Shown in pieces: positions 1 through 8,431 of a stretch of DNA of 43,658 bases (position 1 is its first letter; each line of letters opens with the position of its first letter). The notes below the pieces were generated by a model. That model was not told the origin of the DNA. It saw only the letters and a list, made by a program, of their open reading frames with translations, and made no database searches. The stretch covers positions 1 through 43,658 of the forward strand of contig DCVX01000032.1 of the NCBI GenBank assembly GCA_002328805.1, read 5' to 3'. The DNA is from Candidatus Dojkabacteria bacterium UBA2177 (GTDB lineage: Bacteria > Patescibacteriota > Dojkabacteria > SC72). The translations under genes and the position numbers were made by a program.

Positions 1-118
1 TACCCTTTAAATCTAACGCTTCCCCCTGATTACTTACACCCTCTTCCTGCATATTCTTAATGATAGAAATTATTTAAATAATAGATTAAATATATCTACA
101 TTGTAAAGTAAATCTTAA

Positions 119-1909
119 CTATTTAACAGTAACAGATTTTGCAAGATTCCTAGGCTTATCTATATTATTCCCCAGTAACACAGACAGAAAGTAAGAAATT
201 AATTGAAAAGGAATAACATTAGCTATACTTCCTAGTGTATTAATTTGAGGTGTAGAAATGTAATAGTCAAAAATCTCTAAACCAGAATATTCAGAAGCTC
301 CAATACCAATTGTTAATGCTCCCCTAGCCTTCACCTGCTCCATACCACTTATTAGATCCTTATTATCTTCCCTGTGCTCCTCAGAAGGTATTATCCCAAT
401 AACAGGAGTCCCCTTCTCTATTAAAGCAATTACACCGTGTTTTAACTCTCCAGCAGAGAAACCCTCCACATGCTTGTAGGATATCTCCTTTATTTTAAGA
501 GCCCCCTCGTAGGCTATAGAGGCATTCTCCCCCTTCCCTAATATGAAGAAGTGTTCTTTATCTACTAGGGTCTTACATATTTTATTTTTAATATAGCTAA
601 AAGATTTTTTAGTAAACATCTCATCCAAAGACCTTGAAAGCTTCTTTAATTTACTCTTTGCTGTCCTATGCTTACCTATTAAAGTCATAGAAAGAAGATA
701 ACCCCAAGCACACTGTGCAGTAAAAACCTTAGTAGATGCTACACATATCTCTGGCCCAGCATTAGTGTAATATTCATAATCCGACATCCTTGAAATAGTA
801 GTCCCATACATATTTACAATACTAGCTATCTTACAACCCTTCTTTTTGAGTACTTCCAAAGGTTCTATGGTATCTGCAGTCTCACCGCTTTGAGAGATTG
901 CAATAATTAAATCCTTCGAAGATATAACAGGAAGATAAGATTTAAACTCATAACTCTTAATCTCCATTGCATCAACATTTGCAATAGTTCTTAGGAAGAA
1001 AGCAATCTGTCCTGCAGCAAAACCTGCAGTCCCAGCACCCAAAAGATATACCTTCCTAGATCTCTTTATCTGTTTTACAAGAGGCTCTAGTTCTTTCTCA
1101 CTATAATCCGTAGCATAAAGAATAGTCTTTTGTTGCTCAACTATCTCTTTAAGCATAAAGTGAGGATACTTCCCCTTATCTATATCCTCATACTGATACT
1201 TCAAAGTCTTAACCTCTGGTTTCTTTCTCTTTCCGTCTTTTATGTTACTAATAACATGATCCTTCCCGTTTATCTCAACCATGTCATAGTCATCTAGCAC
1301 AACAATTTTTTTAGTATGTGGTGAAAAGGAAAGAGAATCTGAAGCAAGATATATTCCATCCTTTGCGACACCCAAAACTAAAGGAGAGCCATTCTTTATG
1401 GCATAAATCTTGTTACTTTTAGCATCTAGCAGAGCAACAGTATTCCTTCCCTCAAGTTTCTTAAAGGCACTTGTTAGCGCTTTCTTTAGAGAGATACCTT
1501 TCTTCAGTTCTTTCTCTATCATTTTTACAATAACCTCAGTATCTGTCTGAGACTTAAAGGTGCAACCCTCTTCTTTTAATTCCTTCTTAAGAGTGTCAAA
1601 GTTCTCTACCATTCCATTCTGAACCAAAGTGAAATCCTTGCTTGTAGATATATGTGGATGAGCGTTATTTTTCGTAACGCCTCCATGAGTTGCCCATCTG
1701 GTATGTCCTATACCCACATTACTTTTTGGAAGTTTCTTAAGTTTCGGGTTTTGTTGGACTAGACCAATATCTTTGTATTGGTGTATTTTATTTTTATCTA
1801 AAACCGCAATACCCCATGAGTCGTAACCCCTATACTCTAGTCTTTTTAAACCATTAAATACCAAATCGTTCGTGTTCTTGCTTCCTGAATAGCCGAATAT
1901 GCCACACAT
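119..1909 (-). CDS. glmS: Glutamine--fructose-6-phosphate aminotransferase (isomerizing)
   Basis: 596-aa ORF. It starts MCGIFGY (Ntn amidotransferase catalytic Cys2). It has tandem SIS-type sugar isomerase regions (GTAGFAAG, SQSGETADT) and the typical C-terminal ...KSVTVK. It is preceded by a glmS-ribozyme-like leader. Confidence 0.95.
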   Translation of the reverse strand: MCGIFGYSGSKNTNDLVFNGLKRLEYRGYDSWGIAVLDKNKIHQYKDIGLVQQNPKLKKLPKSNVGIGHTRWATHGGVTKNNAHPHISTSKDFTLVQNGMVENFDTLKKELKEEGCTFKSQTDTEVIVKMIEKELKKGISLKKALTSAFKKLEGRNTVALLDAKSNKIYAIKNGSPLVLGVAKDGIYLASDSLSFSPHTKKIVVLDDYDMVEINGKDHVISNIKDGKRKKPEVKTLKYQYEDIDKGKYPHFMLKEIVEQQKTILYATDYSEKELEPLVKQIKRSRKVYLLGAGTAGFAAGQIAFFLRTIANVDAMEIKSYEFKSYLPVISSKDLIIAISQSGETADTIEPLEVLKKKGCKIASIVNMYGTTISRMSDYEYYTNAGPEICVASTKVFTAQCAWGYLLSMTLIGKHRTAKSKLKKLSRSLDEMFTKKSFSYIKNKICKTLVDKEHFFILGKGENASIAYEGALKIKEISYKHVEGFSAGELKHGVIALIEKGTPVIGIIPSEEHREDNKDLISGMEQVKARGALTIGIGASEYSGLEIFDYYISTPQINTLGSIANVIPFQLISYFLSVLLGNNIDKPRNLAKSVTVK

Positions 1910-1919
1910 AATAGTGTTA

Positions 1920-2070
1920 GAAATCTAAGTTTAAATCTGTGAGGGATTGGTGGTTAAAATTTTGTTAGTTTGTTTATAACCTTTAGGCTAACAATATAGC
2001 CTAGGAGTATCCGCTGATATCTCGATGACTCCTGCCTCGTAGCAATGTCCTTAACATTGCCCAGCCGCTT
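1920..2070 (-). ncRNA. glmS ribozyme-like 5' leader (GlcN6P-responsive self-cleaving riboswitch); boundaries approximate
   Basis: The minus-strand reading of about 2070->1920 is AAGCGGCUGG-GCAAUGU-UAAGG-ACAUUGC-UACGAGGCAGGAGUCAUCGAGAUAUCAGCGGAUACUCCUAGGCUAUAUUGUUAGCCUAAAGGUUAUAAAC... This matches my recollection of the glmS ribozyme core: an A/GCG cleavage-site context, a P1 hairpin, ACGAGG, GGAG..AUCGA..GCGGAU.CUCC, a P3 hairpin GGCUA/UAGCC, then UAAAGG. GCUG near the 5' end can pair with CAGC before GCGGAU (P2-like). The element sits directly 5' of the glmS ATG at 1909. Confidence 0.72.
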
Positions 2071-2177
2071 TGATGTTAAATACCCTAGATATATATTACA
2101 GGTTTAAAACTGAAGGTCAAGGATTTATAAACTTAGTGTGTGCTGACTTTTATTTTTCTTGCTATTATATATTTACT

Positions 2178-2876
2178 ATGTTCAACATATTTAAAAATCT
2201 CTTTTCTACAGATTCCTCTACATCCTTTTACTCCTTTTACAAAAAGATGGTTAGTTGGAGAGAAAGTGGTGTTTACCCATTCCCATACAATCTCCCTTCC
2301 TCCATAACCTTCCCGAAAGAATTTTGGAAAGACGTATTAAGGATATATAAGGAGACAGACCGAGATGGCTTGGAGAGGGCTATAGCCCTTTTCTGGGCAG
2401 ATGGAGAGTTAGTTCTTACCTCTGTTGTTAAAGGAGACGACCAATCTGTGAGAAGTAGCCATGATGTAAGAGTCCACTATGTTGTTCATCCTACTAGACA
2501 GGGTTATCTTAGAAGAGAACTCATGATAGATGGTAAAGTTACAAAGAGAACAGATGTTTACTACAAAAAAGCTCCAAAGAAAGTAACTGTGGAATATCTA
2601 TTTAATATGCATACACACCCTGCACAAGAGTTTAATGGGAAGAAGTTATATGGTTTCTTCTCCCTACAAGACATTAAATCTCTAATACTCTCTCAAGCTG
2701 TAGTTACGGGTCTGGTAACAGATAAACTGTGGTTGTTAGTTAGAACAAGTGAGACACCTGCAAATGTTAAATTCGAGAACTTTACAGATGCAGATGTAAC
2801 TATAGAAAATCTTAAGGAGCAGTTTAAACTAGGAGTATATGAAGCAGAATTCAACAAAGAAGCAATTAAGAAATAA
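2178..2876 (+). CDS. Hypothetical protein with JAB/MPN (JAMM)-like metalloprotease motif
   Basis: The ORF-track start (TTG 2070) overlaps the ribozyme, so I prefer the ATG at 2178 (MFNIFKNL...). The sequence contains ...GLERAIALF... then NMHTHPAQEFNGKKLYGFFSLQD. This gives E...HxH...SxxD resembling the JAMM signature, but with a longer H-to-S spacing than the classical x7. Confidence 0.55.
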   Translation: MFNIFKNLFSTDSSTSFYSFYKKMVSWRESGVYPFPYNLPSSITFPKEFWKDVLRIYKETDRDGLERAIALFWADGELVLTSVVKGDDQSVRSSHDVRVHYVVHPTRQGYLRRELMIDGKVTKRTDVYYKKAPKKVTVEYLFNMHTHPAQEFNGKKLYGFFSLQDIKSLILSQAVVTGLVTDKLWLLVRTSETPANVKFENFTDADVTIENLKEQFKLGVYEAEFNKEAIKK

Positions 2877-3651
2877 TATCCTAAAAGACCTTAAAAAAGT
2901 TTCCTCTAAAGAGAGGGCTACTGGGTCACAGAGATTTTTCAAAACAGGTAAAGGAGAATATGGTCAGGGAGATGTTTTTGTTGGAATAAGAACTCCAGAG
3001 ATAAGGAAGATTTCTAAAAAGTATCTGGAATATTTGGATTTAGGAGACTTAGATTTCTTTCTTCATAATAAGACACATGAATACAGATTATTCGCCCTTA
3101 TAACTCTAACCTATATGTACCACAGAACAGGGAGAATAAAGGACTGTTCTAAGAAACAAGGGGAAAGAGAGGACATATTCAATTATTACCTAGAAAACAG
3201 GGAGTGGATCAACAATTGGGACTTAATAGATGTATCTGCACCTAAAATTGTAGGAGAGTTTCTTAAAGACAAGGGGAGAGGAGAAGGGAAAAGGAAAGAA
3301 AGAGATATTCTCTACAATCTTGTTAAGAGCGACAATCTTTGGGACCAAAGAATTGCAATTGTATCTACATATACATTTATTAAACAGGGAGATTTTGAAG
3401 ATATTTTGAAGTTTTCTAAGTTGCTTATTCATCACGAACATGACTTAATACATAAAGCTTTAGGCTGGATGTTAAGAGAGGTTGGGAAGAAGGACGAAAC
3501 TGTTTTAAAAACTTTTTTGGATAATTATGCAAATAAAATACCAAGAACAATGTTAAGGTATTCCATAGAAAGACTTGATGAAAGAGAGAAGAAAAAATAT
3601 TTAAATATGTCGATGGAAACAAAACATCTTGATTTCAGAAGAGATTTTTAG
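2839..3651 (+). CDS. DNA alkylation repair protein, AlkC/AlkD-like HEAT-repeat glycosylase family
   Basis: Family hallmarks are present: RFFKTGKGEYGQGDVFVGIRTPEIRKISKKY, NNWDLIDVSAP, LWDQRIAIVST, HKALGWMLREVGKKD, RTMLRYSIE. It overlaps the upstream ORF by 38 nt. Confidence 0.85.
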   Translation: MKQNSTKKQLRNNILKDLKKVSSKERATGSQRFFKTGKGEYGQGDVFVGIRTPEIRKISKKYLEYLDLGDLDFFLHNKTHEYRLFALITLTYMYHRTGRIKDCSKKQGEREDIFNYYLENREWINNWDLIDVSAPKIVGEFLKDKGRGEGKRKERDILYNLVKSDNLWDQRIAIVSTYTFIKQGDFEDILKFSKLLIHHEHDLIHKALGWMLREVGKKDETVLKTFLDNYANKIPRTMLRYSIERLDEREKKKYLNMSMETKHLDFRRDF

Positions 3652-3656
3652 AATTC

Positions 3657-3685
3657 TTGACATGTCTATCTGCTTTAGATAGATT
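3657..3685 (+). promoter_or_regulatory. Candidate sigma70-type promoter for pyrG (TTGACA-17 nt-TAGATT)
   Basis: TTGACA lies at 3657-3662, followed by a 17-nt spacer and TAGATT at 3680-3685, 29 nt before the pyrG ATG. The spacer and -10 region also form a 7-bp inverted repeat (TCTATCT 3665-3671 / AGATAGA 3677-3683). Confidence 0.4.
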
Positions 3686-3713
3686 GATTAATAACCTCAA
3701 ATACTACTAGTAC

Positions 3714-5378
3714 ATGTCAAAATTTATCTTTATCTCTGGTGGTGTAATTTCTGGAATTGGGAAGGGTGTTTCCGCTGCTTCAATAGGTTTTCTCCTCAAA
3801 GCTTGTGGTAGGAAAATCAGCATGATTAAGGCAGATCCTTATCTCAATATCGATGCGGGGACTATGAACCCTCTCGAGCATGGAGAGACCTTTGTTTTAG
3901 ATGACGGTTTTGAAACAGATATGGATATAGGGACATACGAGAGGTTTACGAATCAATCGTTTGGTAGATCCAATTCTATGACGCTAGGAGCTGTTTTAGA
4001 CAGAGTCATTAAGAAAGAGAGATCTCTTGAGTTTGATGGCAAATGGGTAAGTTTAGATCATCATATTCCAGAGAACATAGTGGAGTGGATAACAGAAGTT
4101 GCAAAAAAAGAAAAGTCAGATATCACCATTATTGAAATAGGAGGAACTGTCGGAGAAGTTGGTAATGGACTTATGCTTACTGCAAATAAATTCATGAAGC
4201 TCTCTAACCCTAAGGACGTTATACATGTACACGTAACATATCTTCCTATCCCTCCAATGTTGGGAGAGATGAAGACTAAACCAGCACAGTTATCTGTTCA
4301 GCAACTTAATAGTTATGGTATTCATCCAGACTTTATAATTGCAAGATCTGAACAACCTCTAGACCAAGAGAGGATTGATAAAATTAGCAAGTACTGTTTT
4401 ATCCCTTCCTCTCACGTGATATCGGCTCCAGACATAGATTGTATCTATGACATTCCACTAAACTTTGGGAAGGCCAATCTTGGGGAGGAGATTCTAGATG
4501 CCCTTAATATGGAGAGGGGAAAAACGCCACTCTATCCTAACTGGAAAAAGAAGGTTAAGAAAATAAAAAATCCTAAAAAGAAGTTAAACATTGGAATAAT
4601 AGGGAAATATTACAAAAGCGGGGATTTTGATCTAAAGGATTCATATGTTTCTGTTTTAGAAGCAATAAACCATGCTTCATGGGAGAATTCTGTAGAACCT
4701 ACAATCCATTGGATAGTTGCAGATGGCTTAGAGAAGGACAAGAAAAAACAGGAAGAAATATTAAAGATGGATGGTATTATTGTTCCTCAGGGTTGGGGTT
4801 CTAGGGGGTCTGAAGGAAAGATTAAAGCTGTCCAGATTGCTAGAGAGAATAAGATTCCCTACTTAGGTCTCTGTTATGGTATGCAGATGGCCACTATTGA
4901 ATATGCTAGAAATGTTCTAGGTCTAAAAGATGCTAATTCCCAAGAAGTTGATTCTAAATCTCAGAATCAGGTTATACATCTAATGAAGGAACAACAAGAG
5001 TTATTAAAGAACAAAGAATATGGAGGGACTATTCGTCTAGGAGCTTGGCCATGTAGGTTAGATAAGGATTCTGTTGTTTACGAACAATATAAAAAATATA
5101 AGAATAATCTTTATACAAAACTCCCTGTTGTTATGGAAAGGCACAGACATAGATATGAATTTAATAATGAATATAGGGAAATTTTTGAGAAATCAGATTT
5201 TAAGTTATGTGGTAAGAGTCCAGATGGTATGCTAATTGAAGCTATAGAACTTCCAAAGGAAGTGCATCCATTTTTTGTTGGAACGCAGTATCACCCAGAA
5301 TTAAAGAGTAGATTCTTAGAACCACATCCTTTATTTATGGGTTTTATAGAAGCAAGTTTGAATAAAAATAGTAACTAA
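3714..5378 (+). CDS. pyrG: CTP synthase
   Basis: The start MSKFIFISGGVISGIGKGVSAASIG is the canonical PyrG N-terminus. The C-terminal class I glutamine amidotransferase has GLCYGMQ (catalytic Cys) and a ...HRHRYEFN... / ...QYHPE region. Confidence 0.96.
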   Translation: MSKFIFISGGVISGIGKGVSAASIGFLLKACGRKISMIKADPYLNIDAGTMNPLEHGETFVLDDGFETDMDIGTYERFTNQSFGRSNSMTLGAVLDRVIKKERSLEFDGKWVSLDHHIPENIVEWITEVAKKEKSDITIIEIGGTVGEVGNGLMLTANKFMKLSNPKDVIHVHVTYLPIPPMLGEMKTKPAQLSVQQLNSYGIHPDFIIARSEQPLDQERIDKISKYCFIPSSHVISAPDIDCIYDIPLNFGKANLGEEILDALNMERGKTPLYPNWKKKVKKIKNPKKKLNIGIIGKYYKSGDFDLKDSYVSVLEAINHASWENSVEPTIHWIVADGLEKDKKKQEEILKMDGIIVPQGWGSRGSEGKIKAVQIARENKIPYLGLCYGMQMATIEYARNVLGLKDANSQEVDSKSQNQVIHLMKEQQELLKNKEYGGTIRLGAWPCRLDKDSVVYEQYKKYKNNLYTKLPVVMERHRHRYEFNNEYREIFEKSDFKLCGKSPDGMLIEAIELPKEVHPFFVGTQYHPELKSRFLEPHPLFMGFIEASLNKNSN

Positions 5379-5452
5379 GAAGGAGAGATTTCAAAAGAAC
5401 AATATTTTAAAGATGGATATCTCTATAATGTTCTCTGTTACTTGAGGGTTTT

Positions 5453-7561
5453 CTATTTAGCTACATAAAACTTAGCATCAACTACAACTGCTCTGTCTTC
5501 TGTTATCATCACAGGGTTTATATCCATACTAACAATCTCTGGATAAGATACAAGAAGTTTTTGTATAGACATAATTAGCTCTATAATCTTTTCTCTTGGT
5601 AGAGCTGGTTTTCCACGATACCCATCTATTATCTCAGAGATCTTTGTTTTAGAGAGAATAACATCTATCTTTTCTCTGTTCTCGGGAACAAGTATATGCC
5701 TTATATCTTTATAAACCTCCGTATATATTCCCCCCTGTCCTACTGCAAGAAGATGTCCAAAACCTCTTCCATCTTTTTCATAAATATCTACACCACCCTC
5801 TCTATTTGCACCAATAAAAAATTCCAACTTACCAGGAATCATTTCCTGAATTAGGATTTTAGGAGCTACATTCCCAGTTGTTTTAATCACAGTCTCTTTT
5901 AATTCTTGGTACTTCTCTTCAAATTCACCAATATTCCTAATGTCTAAATAAAGAGCTTTGAAGTCTGTTTTGTGTGCTAAATCTTCAGAAGTTGCCTTAA
6001 TAGCCACAGGAAAAATAGTAGAAGCAAAATCCCTACCCTGCTCTAGACTACTGACGACCTGTTGCCTAGGAATATCTATGCCAAATTCTTCAAGGATTTT
6101 AATTCCTAATTCATCTGGGATGACATTACTTTTATCTGGAATTATCTCTTTGTTTATCTCCTCTTTGTATTTGGTTTTTTTGAAGTAATCATCGGAATTC
6201 ACAATTTTTGTTAACTCTTTGTTCTCTTCAAATTCCACCAACTTAGAAATGAGCCTTATAGCCTCTTGGATATCTTTAAACCAAGGTGCATTTGCTTCTT
6301 CTAATATCCTTATTCCTGCTCTTATGTCTTTTCCTCCAAGGAAGCAGGAGAATATTGGTTTAGAAGTCTTCTTCATTAGTTCTGTAATTACATTTGCCGT
6401 TGCCTCTATTTCAGTAATAAGCTGTGGTGTTAGGATTACAAGAATACTGTCTACAGAAATTTCGTTCAGAAGTTCTGTAATGGTTCCTTGATATCTATCA
6501 CTTTTTGCATCTCCGAGAATGTCTACAGGATTTTTAATGTTTGCCTCTGGTGGAAGTATCTTAAGAAGCTTCTGTCTTGTTTTCTCCCCTATCTCTGGAA
6601 CTTCCATATCTTTTTTTTCTATCATATCTACAGCAATTACTCCTGGTCCCCCTGCATTAGACACAATTCCTATTCCTTTCCCTGTGGGGATTATATCTGA
6701 GTCTATTAACCGCATGAGTTTAAAGAGTTCATCTGAGTTCTCTGTGTATATCATATTGCCCTTCTTTATTGCTGCAATGGTTGTGTCAAAAGAGGATGCA
6801 AGAGAGCCTGTGTGGGAAGAGATTGCTTCTTGTGCTTTTTTAGAACTTCCTGGTGCGATTAGTAATATTGGTTTCTTTGCTTTCTGAGATAAGGTGACAA
6901 ATTCTTTTCCATCACTAAACCCTTCTAGGTAAAGAGCAATAGCTTTAATATTGTTATCTGCAACAAACTGTTCCATTAATTCATTCTCATGGATATCAGC
7001 TTTATTTCCTATGGATACAACATGAGAGAAACCCAATCCTTTCTCACATGCCATATCTAATATTGCTGTACAGAAAGCCCCAGATTGTGAGATGAATGCT
7101 ATCTTTCCATCTCCAGGGTTCTCTCTTGCAAATGTAAGGTTGATTTTAGCTTTATTGTTTATAAAGCCAAGACAATTAGGTCCTATTAAACGAATGCTCT
7201 CTCTTTTTAATTTTGTACTTATTCTTTCTTCTAATTCCGCTCCTTCAGGACCAACTTCGCCAAATCCAGCAGATATTATTACTACACTCTTTACTTTCTT
7301 TTCAACACATTGGTCAACGACATCCTCTACGAATTGATGAGGAATTGCTATACAAACCATATCTACATCTTCGGGAATAGATAGAACATTAGGATAAACT
7401 TTTCGACCTTGCAGTTCCTCATACTTAGGGTTAACAGGATATATTTTCCCATTGTATCCACCATTAATTAAGTTTTTGAGAATTACAGAACTTATCTTCT
7501 CTGAATCTTGGGAAACACCTACTATGGCTATGGATTTAGGTGAAAGTATTGATGACTCCAT
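5453..7561 (-). CDS. ADP-forming acetyl-CoA synthetase (acetate--CoA ligase, fused alpha/beta, NDP-forming acyl-CoA synthetase family)
   Basis: 702 aa. The N-terminal CoA-binding domain reads SPKSIAIVGVSQD...YPVNP...YPNVLSIPEDVDMVCIAIP. It has a succinyl-CoA-synthetase-like ligase domain (LIGPNCLGF, ISQSGA) and a C-terminal ATP-grasp domain. Its ATG lies 3 nt after the oxidoreductase beta gene stop. Confidence 0.88.
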   Translation of the reverse strand: MESSILSPKSIAIVGVSQDSEKISSVILKNLINGGYNGKIYPVNPKYEELQGRKVYPNVLSIPEDVDMVCIAIPHQFVEDVVDQCVEKKVKSVVIISAGFGEVGPEGAELEERISTKLKRESIRLIGPNCLGFINNKAKINLTFARENPGDGKIAFISQSGAFCTAILDMACEKGLGFSHVVSIGNKADIHENELMEQFVADNNIKAIALYLEGFSDGKEFVTLSQKAKKPILLIAPGSSKKAQEAISSHTGSLASSFDTTIAAIKKGNMIYTENSDELFKLMRLIDSDIIPTGKGIGIVSNAGGPGVIAVDMIEKKDMEVPEIGEKTRQKLLKILPPEANIKNPVDILGDAKSDRYQGTITELLNEISVDSILVILTPQLITEIEATANVITELMKKTSKPIFSCFLGGKDIRAGIRILEEANAPWFKDIQEAIRLISKLVEFEENKELTKIVNSDDYFKKTKYKEEINKEIIPDKSNVIPDELGIKILEEFGIDIPRQQVVSSLEQGRDFASTIFPVAIKATSEDLAHKTDFKALYLDIRNIGEFEEKYQELKETVIKTTGNVAPKILIQEMIPGKLEFFIGANREGGVDIYEKDGRGFGHLLAVGQGGIYTEVYKDIRHILVPENREKIDVILSKTKISEIIDGYRGKPALPREKIIELIMSIQKLLVSYPEIVSMDINPVMITEDRAVVVDAKFYVAK

Positions 7562-7564
7562 TTG

Positions 7565-8431
7565 TTATTCAAAATATTTTAAAAGTTTTTTAATATCGTG
7601 TGTTTTAACTTCATCAACAAGTTCGGTTATGGAATTCTTTCTACATTCTAATGAATCATAGAATGTGGGAAGGTTCTTGTTCTGATAGATTATACCAGTA
7701 TATAGGGGAGAATTGTTAGTTAACACACTTCTTGCACTTTCTATGGAATTGGCATTGTAATCCTCCACTTCTTTAATTTCCTTTATATTTGCTTTAGCCC
7801 ATTCTGGTGTGAACTCCCTATTATATGTTGGGCAAAGCTGTAGGATTTCTACAATACTACAGCCCTTGTTTTCTATTGCAGACTTGAAAATTTCTCCCAT
7901 TTGGAAGGGGTTGCCTGAATAAGCTCTGGCATAAAATGATGGGTCTAGATTTAATATAAATTCGGAAATGTTAATATTTCTTTCAGGAGTTCCATCAGGT
8001 AATCCATACATTGGTTTGTTTTTGGGAGTGCTTACAGTAGCTTGTCCGGTTGTAAGTGCAAAATTCGCATTGTTGTGGATTAAGATTGTTATATTGTAAT
8101 TAGATCTAATAGTATGAACTAAGTGATCCAATCCCTCATGAAAACATCCTCCATCCCCAATGTCTGCTATTGCTGTCATTCTTCTATTCGCAAGGTGTGC
8201 TCCAACTGCCAAAGGTATTGACCTCCCGTGTAATCCCTTAAAACCATATGAGTTTATTAAGTCTGCACCATTACCGTTACAACCGATGTCAAAAGAGACG
8301 AAAACTTCTGTAGGGGATATATCTAATTCAGATAGGGCCTTTTTCAAGGAAGCATGTATTGCAAAATTTCCACACCCTGGACACCAAGTTGGGATATTTG
8401 GCAAATTGTAGTCTGTTATTTTTACACCCAT
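7565..8431 (-). CDS. 2-oxoacid:ferredoxin oxidoreductase, beta (TPP-binding) subunit
   Basis: Motifs: WCPGCGNFAI, DIGCNGNG, GDGGCFHEG (TPP GDG motif). It abuts the alpha subunit gene with no gap. Confidence 0.9.
   Translation of the reverse strand: MGVKITDYNLPNIPTWCPGCGNFAIHASLKKALSELDISPTEVFVSFDIGCNGNGADLINSYGFKGLHGRSIPLAVGAHLANRRMTAIADIGDGGCFHEGLDHLVHTIRSNYNITILIHNNANFALTTGQATVSTPKNKPMYGLPDGTPERNINISEFILNLDPSFYARAYSGNPFQMGEIFKSAIENKGCSIVEILQLCPTYNREFTPEWAKANIKEIKEVEDYNANSIESARSVLTNNSPLYTGIIYQNKNLPTFYDSLECRKNSITELVDEVKTHDIKKLLKYFE

Noticed and set aside
1-52. Possible 5' end of a minus-strand gene (ATG at 52-50, MQEEGVSNQGEALDLKG...) running out of the window
   Set aside because: Only 17 codons are visible, with no SD and no recognisable motif. 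That is not enough evidence to call a feature.
2070-2177. N-terminal extension (TTG start) of the JAB-like ORF
   Set aside because: It overlaps the glmS ribozyme-like element and its promoter region on the opposite strand. The ATG at 2178 gives a sensible start.
5379-5452. Possible terminator between the convergent pyrG and ACD genes
   Set aside because: Only short 6-bp complementary segments are present, with long or crossing loops and no T-run. This is not convincing.
5958-7661. Six plus-strand ORFs (60-122 aa) from the ORF track inside or overlapping the ACD and oxidoreductase genes
   Set aside because: They are antisense to strongly supported minus-strand genes. Their translations are low-complexity (Ser/Leu/Phe/Ile-rich) with no motifs, typical of shadow ORFs in AT-rich coding DNA.
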